Shown piece after piece: positions 1 to 8,138 of a DNA stretch of 64,000 nucleotides. The stretch is from an uncultured Gammaproteobacteria bacterium (GTDB lineage: Bacteria > Patescibacteriota > Microgenomatia > UBA10105 > UBA927), in contig CAZUOM010000001.1 in the NCBI GenBank assembly GCA_964621305.1, positions 10,390-74,389 of the forward strand, read 5' to 3'. The notes beneath the pieces are model-generated. The model saw nothing but the letters and a program-made list of their open reading frames with translations, had not been told where the DNA came from and made no database searches. How positions within the stretch are numbered: the first letter of the stretch is position 1; every line of letters begins with the position of its first letter. The translations under genes and the position numbers were made by a program.

Positions 1-812
1 TTACCATCCCATGGCCGGAAGTTAAGGCAGAATACGAACTCTGTGTAGAGCGCGCGGTTGAAAACGCCGAAATTACGGGCTTTCGCAAGGGCAAGGCTCC
101 GCGTGGTCTCGTCGAACAAAAACTCGACAAAAGCAAAATTTACGAAGAAGTCCTCAAAGCGCTCATCCCTAATGTTTATAACAATGCTACTTCTGCGCAA
201 AAAATCAAACCCATTGTCACTCCCAAAGTCGAGCTAGTGGAAGCGGTGGAAGGCAAAGACTGGCTATTGCGCCTAATCACATGTGAACGGCCGGCGGTAA
301 CTCTTAAGCAATATAAAAAAGCCATCAGCGACCTAAAGTCTTCTATAACAAAGAAAATCTGGACGCCTGGCCAAGAACCCGAGCCGGACGAAAAAGAGCA
401 GGCAACCAAACCAACGCTAGATCAGCTTCTCAAGGCCGTCTATGAGAACGTGGAAATTCTGTTACCCTCTATTCTTATTGATCAGGAAGTCAACCGGCTC
501 CTCTCCGAGTTGATTGACCAAACCAGAAAACTCGGGCTCAGTGTCGAGCAGTATCTTGCCTCGACAGGTAAAAGCGTGGATAAACTGCGCAGCGAGAATG
601 AACAGCAAGCAAAACGCACGCTCACTCTCGAATTTGCGCTGGAGGAAATAGCAGACAAAGAGGCCATATCGGTTTCTGATGATGACATCGATACTGTCAT
701 AAAGTCTTCCAAAACAGACGACGAGCGTAAGGCGTTGTCTACCCAGCGGTACTATCTGGCCTCGGTTCTACGGCGTCAAAAAACCCTTGACTTTTTGGCC
801 GCAATCAACTAA
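1..812 (+). CDS. tig: Trigger factor, C-terminal portion (5'-truncated by window edge)
   Basis: Open frame runs from the window start. Translation contains ...ITGFRKGKAPRGLVEQKLDK... followed by a long helical C-terminal domain typical of trigger factor. Stops at 812. Confidence 0.6.
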   Translation, partial: TIPWPEVKAEYELCVERAVENAEITGFRKGKAPRGLVEQKLDKSKIYEEVLKALIPNVYNNATSAQKIKPIVTPKVELVEAVEGKDWLLRLITCERPAVTLKQYKKAISDLKSSITKKIWTPGQEPEPDEKEQATKPTLDQLLKAVYENVEILLPSILIDQEVNRLLSELIDQTRKLGLSVEQYLASTGKSVDKLRSENEQQAKRTLTLEFALEEIADKEAISVSDDDIDTVIKSSKTDDERKALSTQRYYLASVLRRQKTLDFLAAIN

Positions 813-854
813 ATTTTGCTCATCCCCTTGCCCCGTATAGTATAATAGTACGAT

Positions 855-1469
855 ATGAATAACCCAGTTTGGCCTCAGTCATCACAAAAAAATCCTACCA
901 GGATACCGGTTAATGATAGTATTATTGAGTCTTTAAGAAATCTTAGCAGCGGGGTTGGAAAGTCTGTTGCTAAAGACGTCCTTGGCAAAGGCGCAGGGGA
1001 CGCGTTAAAATCGCTATTTGGAACCCTTCCGACTCAACCCGCACAAAGTGAGTTTCATCCCAACCAACCAGTCGATCTCTCCCGCGAGCGATATAACCCT
1101 TATCAGGTCCGCCGAGTGGAAGCCGTAGCTCGCCCTCAGATAAAACTTGAAGAAGTGGGCATCAAGGAAAAAATTGAGGCAATCCGGATGGAGCTGAAGG
1201 CACTGGCTCATTCGGTCAAACAGTTGCGAAGTGAAGTAACCAACCAAGTCGATCAAACACCTGTTGATCCCGGCATATATCACCTCAACTTTTTTGAGCG
1301 GCTCAAGGGGATACTCAAAATTCTTCGACAACAAGTGGAAGACAGCCGCTCCTGGCTAAACCTGTGGACTAGCCGAAAAAAGAAACTAGGGTACTGGGGC
1401 CGCTATAAAAAACACGGCACACAGTTTGGCCTCTCCTCAGAGCGAACCGTGGCAACACAAGCGGGGTAG
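855..1469 (+). CDS. Hypothetical protein (204 aa)
   Basis: Intact ORF preceded by a TATAAT-like box at about 835-840. No recognisable motif. Confidence 0.4.
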   Translation: MNNPVWPQSSQKNPTRIPVNDSIIESLRNLSSGVGKSVAKDVLGKGAGDALKSLFGTLPTQPAQSEFHPNQPVDLSRERYNPYQVRRVEAVARPQIKLEEVGIKEKIEAIRMELKALAHSVKQLRSEVTNQVDQTPVDPGIYHLNFFERLKGILKILRQQVEDSRSWLNLWTSRKKKLGYWGRYKKHGTQFGLSSERTVATQAG

Positions 1470-1479
1470 CCAATAGGCA

Positions 1480-1554
1480 GGTCGGTTAGCTCAGCGGTAG
1501 AGCGCTGCATTCACATTGCAGATGTCGAGGGTTCAAATCCCCCACCGACCACCA
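1480..1554 (+). tRNA. tRNA-Val (anticodon CAC), CCA encoded
   Basis: Hand-folded cloverleaf. Acceptor GGTCGGT/ACCGACC, D-arm GCTC/GAGC, anticodon stem CTGCA/TGCAG with loop TTCACAT, T-arm GAGGG-TTCAAAT-CCCCC, 3' ACCA. Confidence 0.85.
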
Positions 1555-1558
1555 GTTC

Positions 1559-2044
1559 ATGGAATTCCTTTTTCTAGCCTTCAATCTCGTTTTTGCCATC
1601 CTCATATTCTTTCTCACAATCGCCTTTGTCACCGGCGCGCCGTTTGTGCCGTCAACAAAAAACACAGCTGCCTCAATGATTCGCTTGGCAAAACTCAAAA
1701 AGAGGATGAAGGTGTATGATTTGGGTTCGGGAGACGGTCGGCTTCTGGAACTGGCAAAACAGCAGGGCGCAGATTCAATCGGGTATGAAATCAATCCGTT
1801 TCTTGTTCTCCTATCAAGACTTCGTGGCCATACTGTCTACTGGAAAAACTTCTGGCAAGCAAACTTATCCGACGCCGACGTCGTATTCGTCTACCTTCTC
1901 CCGTGGAGAATGGATAAACTTGAACGATTTCTCATGAGTCAACTCAAACCAGGCACGCTGGTTATTTCAAACAGTTTCATCTTCCCTGGTTGGAAAATCC
2001 TCCGGAAGGACACTACCAACCACGCCTACGTGTTCCGAATGTGA
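1559..2044 (+). CDS. Small SAM-dependent methyltransferase with N-terminal transmembrane helix
   Basis: Motif I VYDLGSGDGRLLE (glycine-rich SAM-binding loop) after a hydrophobic N-terminus. Starts 5 nt after the tRNA. Confidence 0.55.
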   Translation: MEFLFLAFNLVFAILIFFLTIAFVTGAPFVPSTKNTAASMIRLAKLKKRMKVYDLGSGDGRLLELAKQQGADSIGYEINPFLVLLSRLRGHTVYWKNFWQANLSDADVVFVYLLPWRMDKLERFLMSQLKPGTLVISNSFIFPGWKILRKDTTNHAYVFRM

Positions 2045-2056
2045 TAAAATCGGTGC

Positions 2057-2632
2057 ATGGCTATAGAATTTGACGGGCAGCAAACCGGTGAACGTACTCT
2101 CTATGTCGTGACCCCACATCAGTTTGCCAAATACGTCGCACTCATTCGCCTCGTTTTTCTCTCACTGTTCTTTTTTTTAATTCTCCAGCTTATTGCATCT
2201 GTGCTGACAAGAGCGGCCGAACCACTACAGACCGCTTCGGTAGTCTTAAGCGGGATTCTTCTGATCGTAGGATTTTGGTGGAATAATACCATCTACGGGA
2301 AGTCAAAAACCTATATAACTGACCGCCGGATAATTCGCTTTGAGGTGATGACGCCTTTTTTCACGACCAAACGCGCACTATTTTGGAATGAGGCGCTAAA
2401 AGCCAAAGGCTATGCGCCGAACATTTTTTGGAAAATGCTCAAAATCGGCAAAGTGCGCGTCGAACCGCAAATTGCGCAAGGAGAAGATGTCCTGGTCAAC
2501 GACGTCTTTTTATACGATGATGTGGCCAACTACATAGATAAAATTCTCTTCACATTCAAAAATAAACCAGGTGAGATCGCCCTTATAAAACCCTTCGTCC
2601 TCAAGCCCCGCGGCCAACGCGATGCCGCTTGA
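2057..2632 (+). CDS. Membrane protein, possible bacterial PH-like (YdbS/T-like) domain
   Basis: Two predicted TM helices followed by a soluble domain. Weak resemblance only. Confidence 0.35.
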   Translation: MAIEFDGQQTGERTLYVVTPHQFAKYVALIRLVFLSLFFFLILQLIASVLTRAAEPLQTASVVLSGILLIVGFWWNNTIYGKSKTYITDRRIIRFEVMTPFFTTKRALFWNEALKAKGYAPNIFWKMLKIGKVRVEPQIAQGEDVLVNDVFLYDDVANYIDKILFTFKNKPGEIALIKPFVLKPRGQRDAA

Positions 2633-2699
2633 CTTCCCAGTTATAATCGCTATAATTCTTATAATAATTAGACCTCTCGCTTGCATGAGAACTTACCAA

Positions 2700-2818
2700 C
2701 CTCAAAGAGAAGCGCTGCATCAGCGTAAAGATGCTAAGTGAGACCACCAAAGTTGGATGGAACCGCCCTAAATTTATCTAAGGACTCCAACAAGAAGGTG
2801 GTTTTTTGATGCAAACAT
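2700..2818 (+). promoter_or_regulatory. thrS 5' leader: T-box-like sequence plus SD-sequestering hairpin/terminator
   Basis: GGATGGAACCGCC at 2754-2766 resembles the T-box core AGGGTGGNACCGCG (with a UGGA bulge). A long hairpin, ACCACC...GGTGGT at 2743-2800, is followed by TTTTTT. AGAGAAG (GA-motif-like) lies upstream and ACC codons sit in the putative specifier region. Confidence 0.3.
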
Positions 2819-4564
2819 ATGAAAAACGATAGTGAATTTTTTAATAATCTGCGCCACTCGTGCGCGCACCTTTTGGCGGCGGCGGTAATGGAGCTGTGGC
2901 CAAAGGCCAAACGGACAATCGGGCCGGCAATTGAAAACGGATTCTACTTTGACTTTGATTTCGGGAATGTCAAAATTTCTGACGATGATCTGCCGAAAAT
3001 CGAGGCGAAAATGCGGGACATTCTGACATCATGGAAATCATTTGAGCGCCAAGAGTTATCCGTGGCACAGGCCAAAAAAGAATACCCGGACAACGAATTC
3101 AAACAAGAGCTTATCGACGAATTCTCCGGACAGGGCGAGACCCTGTCATTTTATAAATCCGGCGATTACTGGGACCTCTGCCGCGGCGGCCATGTCGAGC
3201 ACCCAGATTCTGAATTGAAGTATTTTAAGCTCCTCTCAATCGCCGGCGCCTACTGGCGTGGGAGCGAGAAGAATAAAATGCTCACTCGCGTCTACGGCAC
3301 GTGTTTCCCGACCAAAAAAGAGCTCGACGATTACCTCTGGCAGCAGGAGGAAGCCAAAAAACGCGACCACAGGAAAATTGGAAAAGAGCTCGGGCTTTTT
3401 CTCATAAGTCCCAACGTGGGGCCAGGCCTTCCTATCTACCTACCAAAAGGGTTACTTCTTCGACGAACACTTGAGACTTGGTTGACAAGAGAAAAAGAGA
3501 AACGCGGCTACCAATTTGTTTGGACACCCCACATAGCCAAAAGCGATCTCTACAAGCAGTCCAAGCACTGGCAAAAATACGATGCCATGATGAAGCCGAT
3601 GAAAATTGAGGACGAGCGGTATGTGGTAAAACCCATGAACTGCCCCCACCATTTCCAAATTTATCTCGAGCGGCCAAGGAGTTACCGAGAGTTGCCTCTG
3701 CGGATATCAGAAAATGCCACGGTATACCGGTACGAGAAAGCCGGCGAGCTCAATGGCCTTTTGCGCGTGCGCGCCCTCACTCAGGATGATTCACATACAT
3801 TTGTTCGTCACGATCAAATTCCGGAAGAAATCGACCGAATTCTGGATCTGGCGGTCTCTGTCTTTCAGATCTTTGGCTTTCATGATTTTCGCTCACGGGT
3901 GTCGATCCGCGATAAAAAACGACCGGGAAAATACCTGGGAAAACCAGAAAGCTGGGACAAAGCAGAACAGGCGCTCATTGACGGAGTAGCAAAAAGAAAA
4001 CTCCCGTACTTCATCAGTGAGGGAGAAGCTGCTTTCTATGGACCTAAAATTGATCTTATGGTAAAAGACGCAATCGGCCGTGAGTGGCAGCTGACGACGG
4101 TGCAGCTGGACTTTAACCAGCCGGAAAATTTTGATCTGTCGTATGTGGATGAAAAAGGGAAGATGGAGCGACCAGCAGTATTACACATTGCCATTTTAGG
4201 CTCATTTGACCGGTTCCTCGCTATCTTAGTTGAACAGTACGCTGGAAACTTTCCACTCTGGCTGGCCCCGGTACAGCTAGCTCTCGTTCCCATCGCTGAG
4301 CGGCACAATCGAGCTGCATTTGACGCTGCAGAAAAACTCAGGTCCGTCGGCATCCGCGTCGAGGTGGATGATAGGAATGAACGCATGGAGGCCAAAATCC
4401 GCGACAGCTCTTTACAAAAAGTCCCGTACCTGGGTATAATCGGTGATAAAGAAGTCGAAAATCAAACGATTTCCGTGCGCAAGCACAACGGCGAGGACCT
4501 CAAAAGCATGTCAGTTGAGGAACTTCTCCGTAAATTAACTAGCGAGATTGAATCAAAAGCGTAA
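2819..4564 (+). CDS. thrS: Threonyl-tRNA synthetase (no TGS domain; starts at the N2 editing domain)
   Basis: HSCAHLL (HxxxH editing motif). Class II catalytic core and C-terminal anticodon-binding domain. 581 aa. Confidence 0.9.
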   Translation: MKNDSEFFNNLRHSCAHLLAAAVMELWPKAKRTIGPAIENGFYFDFDFGNVKISDDDLPKIEAKMRDILTSWKSFERQELSVAQAKKEYPDNEFKQELIDEFSGQGETLSFYKSGDYWDLCRGGHVEHPDSELKYFKLLSIAGAYWRGSEKNKMLTRVYGTCFPTKKELDDYLWQQEEAKKRDHRKIGKELGLFLISPNVGPGLPIYLPKGLLLRRTLETWLTREKEKRGYQFVWTPHIAKSDLYKQSKHWQKYDAMMKPMKIEDERYVVKPMNCPHHFQIYLERPRSYRELPLRISENATVYRYEKAGELNGLLRVRALTQDDSHTFVRHDQIPEEIDRILDLAVSVFQIFGFHDFRSRVSIRDKKRPGKYLGKPESWDKAEQALIDGVAKRKLPYFISEGEAAFYGPKIDLMVKDAIGREWQLTTVQLDFNQPENFDLSYVDEKGKMERPAVLHIAILGSFDRFLAILVEQYAGNFPLWLAPVQLALVPIAERHNRAAFDAAEKLRSVGIRVEVDDRNERMEAKIRDSSLQKVPYLGIIGDKEVENQTISVRKHNGEDLKSMSVEELLRKLTSEIESKA

Positions 4565-5075
4565 ATTTTACCGCCTCAACTACCAAATTGCGTCTCCGCA
4601 ACTCCGGTTGCTGGACGAGACGGGCAAACAGATTGGGGTAGTCACAAAAATTGAAGCGCTGCAGAAGGCAAAAGAGTTAGGTTACGATGTGGTGGAGATT
4701 GCTCCTAATGCCAAGCCACCGGTGGCCAAACTCATTGACTTTAAAAAGTTTAAGTATCAAGAGGCAAAAAAGGAACGAGAGTCGCGTAGGTCGACCAAGA
4801 ACGTTGGAATCAAGGAAGTCAGGCTTCGACCTTTTATCGGACCGCATGACTTTGACACACGACTCAAGCATGGAAAAGAGTTTCTTAATGCGGGCAACCA
4901 GCTAAAAGTGAATGTGTTTTTTAAAGGCAGAGAACTTTATAAAAAAGAATTTGGGTTTGACGTAATGAAACGATATTTAGATAGTTTAGAAAACGCCAAA
5001 GTCGTCCGAGAACCCAGGATCGAGGGGAAAACGCTCGTTGCGATGGTCGTTGGTGGCATAAAAAAGACCACATAG
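4548..5075 (+). CDS. infC: Translation initiation factor IF-3
   Basis: NYQIASPQLRLLDETGKQIGVV matches the IF-3 N-domain. Conserved thrS-infC-rpmI-rplT synteny. The true start may be an AUU/AUA-type codon. Confidence 0.8.
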   Translation: MNQKRKFYRLNYQIASPQLRLLDETGKQIGVVTKIEALQKAKELGYDVVEIAPNAKPPVAKLIDFKKFKYQEAKKERESRRSTKNVGIKEVRLRPFIGPHDFDTRLKHGKEFLNAGNQLKVNVFFKGRELYKKEFGFDVMKRYLDSLENAKVVREPRIEGKTLVAMVVGGIKKTT

Positions 5076-5077
5076 CT

Positions 5078-5269
5078 ATGAAAAAAATGAAGACGAAAAA
5101 AATCATCACCAAGCGATTCCGAAAAACCGGATCCGGTAAAATAATGCACCGCACTCAAGGAGCGCGCCACTTGCGAAGTAGAAAAAACAGCACCAGGAAA
5201 CGCCGCCAAAATCGCCCGAAAGAGATCACAACGCGGGCATATTCGCGTATGATTGCTCAATACCTATGA
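5078..5269 (+). CDS. rpmI: 50S ribosomal protein L35
   Basis: MKKMKTKKIITKRFRKTGSGKIMHR... is a typical L35 sequence. Confidence 0.9.
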   Translation: MKKMKTKKIITKRFRKTGSGKIMHRTQGARHLRSRKNSTRKRRQNRPKEITTRAYSRMIAQYL

Positions 5270-5616
5270 GAGTCAAACGAGGCATTACTACGCACGCTAA
5301 ACACAAAAAGCTACTTTTGGCTAACAAAGGTTACAGGATGACTAAACGACGAAACGTGCGCGTAGCGCGTGAAGCGTATCTACACGCAGGCGAGTACGCA
5401 TTCGCGGGCAGGAAACTTCGAAAGCGCGATTTTCGGAAGCTTTGGATTACTCGTATTTCAGAAGCGGTCAAGCAAAACGGGCTCTCTTACAGCCTGTTCA
5501 TGCATAAACTTAAAGTGGCTAACGTCAACCTCGACCGCAAAAGCCTGGCAAATCTCCTCGTCGAGCACCCCGACGCATTCTCCGCCGTCGTTGACAAAGT
5601 GAAGGGTGTTAATTAA
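5266..5616 (+). CDS. rplT: 50S ribosomal protein L20
   Basis: MRVKRGITTHAKHKKLL...RKLWITRI is a typical L20 sequence. Overlaps the rpmI stop. Confidence 0.9.
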   Translation: MRVKRGITTHAKHKKLLLANKGYRMTKRRNVRVAREAYLHAGEYAFAGRKLRKRDFRKLWITRISEAVKQNGLSYSLFMHKLKVANVNLDRKSLANLLVEHPDAFSAVVDKVKGVN

Positions 5617-5619
5617 AAT

Positions 5620-5889
5620 TTGCTCATGCCCAAACAAAACGGTCAGTTAACGAAGCGTTATTTAGATTGGCTTTTTGATACTAAACTAGATTTGACGCTT
5701 GAAGAAAAATTTGACAAAAAGCTTAAGCCATTACATGATGAATTTGATCAGTTATTCAAAAAACTAGACTGGTTTACTGGCAGATATGAAAAGCTTGAGA
5801 AAGAACAAATTCTTCAATCTGAAAAGGTTTCAGAGCTTGAAGAGAGAGTAGAAACAGTTGAGCAGAAGGTTGGTATTGTAGTACAATAA
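5620..5889 (+). CDS. Small coiled-coil protein (89 aa), hypothetical
   Basis: Heptad-rich, with an ELEERVE segment. Resembles the 58-aa ORF at 48959. Confidence 0.35.
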   Translation: MLMPKQNGQLTKRYLDWLFDTKLDLTLEEKFDKKLKPLHDEFDQLFKKLDWFTGRYEKLEKEQILQSEKVSELEERVETVEQKVGIVVQ

Positions 5890-5930
5890 CTTCATGTCAA
5901 CACAAAGAGCATTTTTTGCATTCTTTTTTG

Positions 5931-5955
5931 CCTCCAGACAAGGAGGTTCTTTGGG
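5931..5955 (+). terminator. Hairpin CCTCC-N6-GGAGG followed by a T-rich tract
   Basis: cctccagacaaggagg, then ttctttgggt. Confidence 0.35.
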
Positions 5956-6003
5956 TCGTTATAAAGATTTATAAAAATTAAAAAAGTTATTTTCAAACCC
6001 GAG

Positions 6004-6026
6004 AACCTCCGAAAGGAGGTTTTTTA
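6004..6026 (+). terminator. Rho-independent terminator
   Basis: aacCTCCgaaaGGAGGttttttt is a GC stem with a T run. Confidence 0.5.
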
Positions 6027-6039
6027 GTGGTAAAAGGAG

Positions 6040-6291
6040 GTGATTATTATGGCGGAAACTGACATAAGAATTCTAGAAAAACGGGCGGCGGCAAGATTAC
6101 GAGGTGAAGACGTGGTTGCTCGCCAGGCTGGCGACGAGGCCTACTGGACAACACGCAATTACCGACCAGTGCTTCCAGTTACAGGTGATCAAGGAACTGA
6201 ATTGCTTGATCTCTGGTACATAGACGATAAGCCGCGAGCAAAAAAACTATTGCAAGATTGGCAACTTAAATTAAGTCCATATAGGGGATAG
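6040..6291 (+). CDS. Hypothetical small protein (about 80 aa) between rplT and pheS
   Basis: Strong SD, aaaaggaggtg, upstream of the ATG at 6049. No known motif. Sits in the pheM-leader position. Confidence 0.3.
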   Translation: MIIMAETDIRILEKRAAARLRGEDVVARQAGDEAYWTTRNYRPVLPVTGDQGTELLDLWYIDDKPRAKKLLQDWQLKLSPYRG

Positions 6292-6299
6292 TAATTGCA

Positions 6300-8129
6300 T
6301 TGCTTAGCTTGCAGCTTAGCGATTTAGACAATACAATAAAAATACCTATGACTGAACTTATTTATCTGTCCGATAGCTATCGACAGAATGATCGAGCAAA
6401 AATCGTCTCCTCTGAAAGGAGTGAGAAAGACACGCTCATCGTGCTTGACCAGACAATCTTTTATCCCCAAGGCGGCGGACAGCCGTCCGATAAGGGAGAA
6501 ATCGTTGGACCAAACGGCAAGGCAAAAGTCAAGCACGTCCGTATGCAGGGCGATGACGTAGTACACGAGTGCATCCTCGAAGGCGAACTAAAAGCGGGTG
6601 ACCACGTTGATTGCGCAATCGATTGGGACTGGCGATACCGAAACATGCGCCGGCACAGCGCAGGCCACATAGTTCATGAGGCGGCAATGATCGTTTCGCC
6701 TCTTCTTATCCCTGTCAAGGGCGAACACGGAAGCAATCCGTATATCGAGTACAAAGGCTCCCTACCCATCGATTCAAAATACGTAATTGAAAAAAAAGCA
6801 AATGAGATTGTAGAAAAAAATCTTGCCTTAACCACTGAGTTTGTCTCTCTGGAAGAACTCCAAAAACGCGCATCTTACGTCCCCCAACATTTGCCAAAAA
6901 ATAAACCGCTCAGGATTTTGATAATCGAGGGCTTTCATCCGATTCCGGACGGAGGTACACAAGTAAGCAAAACTTCAGAGGTTGGTCCTATCACAATTTC
7001 CAAAATCGAAAACGAAGACGATAAAGTGCGTATTTACTATGCTATCGAAGAAACTCAACCCTCCGTGAGCATACCACAAGAGTCGCTGTCAGGAGCTCAG
7101 TATGTAGGATTTGTTTTAGAAGCTCAGCAAAACGCAAAGAAAATACTTGAAGACACGTCTTTAGGAGTTGAAGATTTAAGGATTGCTTTGCTTGGCTCAA
7201 AAAGCGAGCTAGCGAGTCTGACCAAACAAATTCGCAACGTCATCGCCTCTGATCGACAGCAGGCGGGGACGGTCCTTAATCAAGTTAAGCGGAGTATCGA
7301 AAAACAACTTAATGAGGTGTCAAGCGTCAAGCGTCAAGCGTCAAGCGAAGAGTTTTTTGACATGACGGCTCCAGGAATCCCGCCGCCCATGGGGCATCTC
7401 CACATCGTCACTCAGGCGATTACCGAGATAACGCGGATTTTTGAAAAAATAGGCTTTACGCGCGTGCGGCACCCGGAAGTAGACTGGGACTGGTATGCTT
7501 TTGAATCACTCAACATGCCGCCAAATCACCCGGCTAGAGACGAGTGGGAGACGTTCTTCGTAGAAAGTTCAAAGTTAGAAAACAATAAGAGATTTCAATC
7601 AATTGTCTTAACTCCTCATACTTCTAACGGACAGGTGCGTGAGATGGAGAAGAGTAAGCTCCCTATCCGCATGATTAATATCGCCAAATGCTACCGCCGG
7701 CAGTCAGACGTCTCCCACGTCCCGATGTTTCACCAGTTTGAAGGAATGTATATTGATAAAGGTGTCTCGATTGGCAATTTAACTGGCGTATTTGATTTTT
7801 TTGTGAAAAACTACCATGGAATTGACAGAAAAATTCGATTGCGGCCGTTTCATTTTCAGTTTACAGAACCATCATTTGAGGTAGACATCAACTGCGGTAT
7901 TTGTCTGGGCAAAGGATGCCGGCTGTGTAAAGAAGGGTGGCTTGAGTTGGGAGGAGCCGGCATGATACATCCAGTCGTTTTAAAAAATGGCGGCATCAAT
8001 CCGCAAGACTACAACGGGTTTGCTTTCGGCTGGGGAGTAGAGCGTGCTTATATGATGAAATCCGGAACGAAACTGGACGACATTCGCTTAATCTACAGCA
8101 ATGATATACGATTCCTGCAGCAATTTTAA
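6300..8129 (+). CDS. pheS: Phenylalanyl-tRNA synthetase alpha subunit with an N-terminal AlaX/tRNA_SAD-like domain
   Basis: C-terminal half carries NHPARDEWETFF, MFHQFEGMY and FAFGWGVERAYMM (the PheS class II core). The N-terminal roughly 250 aa carries RRHSAGHIVHEA (HxxxH) and PDGGTQVSKTSEVGPITISKIE (compare AlaRS/AlaX CGGTHV...). 609 aa. Confidence 0.85.
   Translation: MLSLQLSDLDNTIKIPMTELIYLSDSYRQNDRAKIVSSERSEKDTLIVLDQTIFYPQGGGQPSDKGEIVGPNGKAKVKHVRMQGDDVVHECILEGELKAGDHVDCAIDWDWRYRNMRRHSAGHIVHEAAMIVSPLLIPVKGEHGSNPYIEYKGSLPIDSKYVIEKKANEIVEKNLALTTEFVSLEELQKRASYVPQHLPKNKPLRILIIEGFHPIPDGGTQVSKTSEVGPITISKIENEDDKVRIYYAIEETQPSVSIPQESLSGAQYVGFVLEAQQNAKKILEDTSLGVEDLRIALLGSKSELASLTKQIRNVIASDRQQAGTVLNQVKRSIEKQLNEVSSVKRQASSEEFFDMTAPGIPPPMGHLHIVTQAITEITRIFEKIGFTRVRHPEVDWDWYAFESLNMPPNHPARDEWETFFVESSKLENNKRFQSIVLTPHTSNGQVREMEKSKLPIRMINIAKCYRRQSDVSHVPMFHQFEGMYIDKGVSIGNLTGVFDFFVKNYHGIDRKIRLRPFHFQFTEPSFEVDINCGICLGKGCRLCKEGWLELGGAGMIHPVVLKNGGINPQDYNGFAFGWGVERAYMMKSGTKLDDIRLIYSNDIRFLQQF
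7320..7347 (+). repeat. Heptamer tandem repeat (tcaagcg)x4 inside the pheS inter-domain linker
   Basis: Direct inspection. Encodes VKRQASS. Confidence 0.9.
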
Positions 8130-8138
8130 ATTTCAAAT

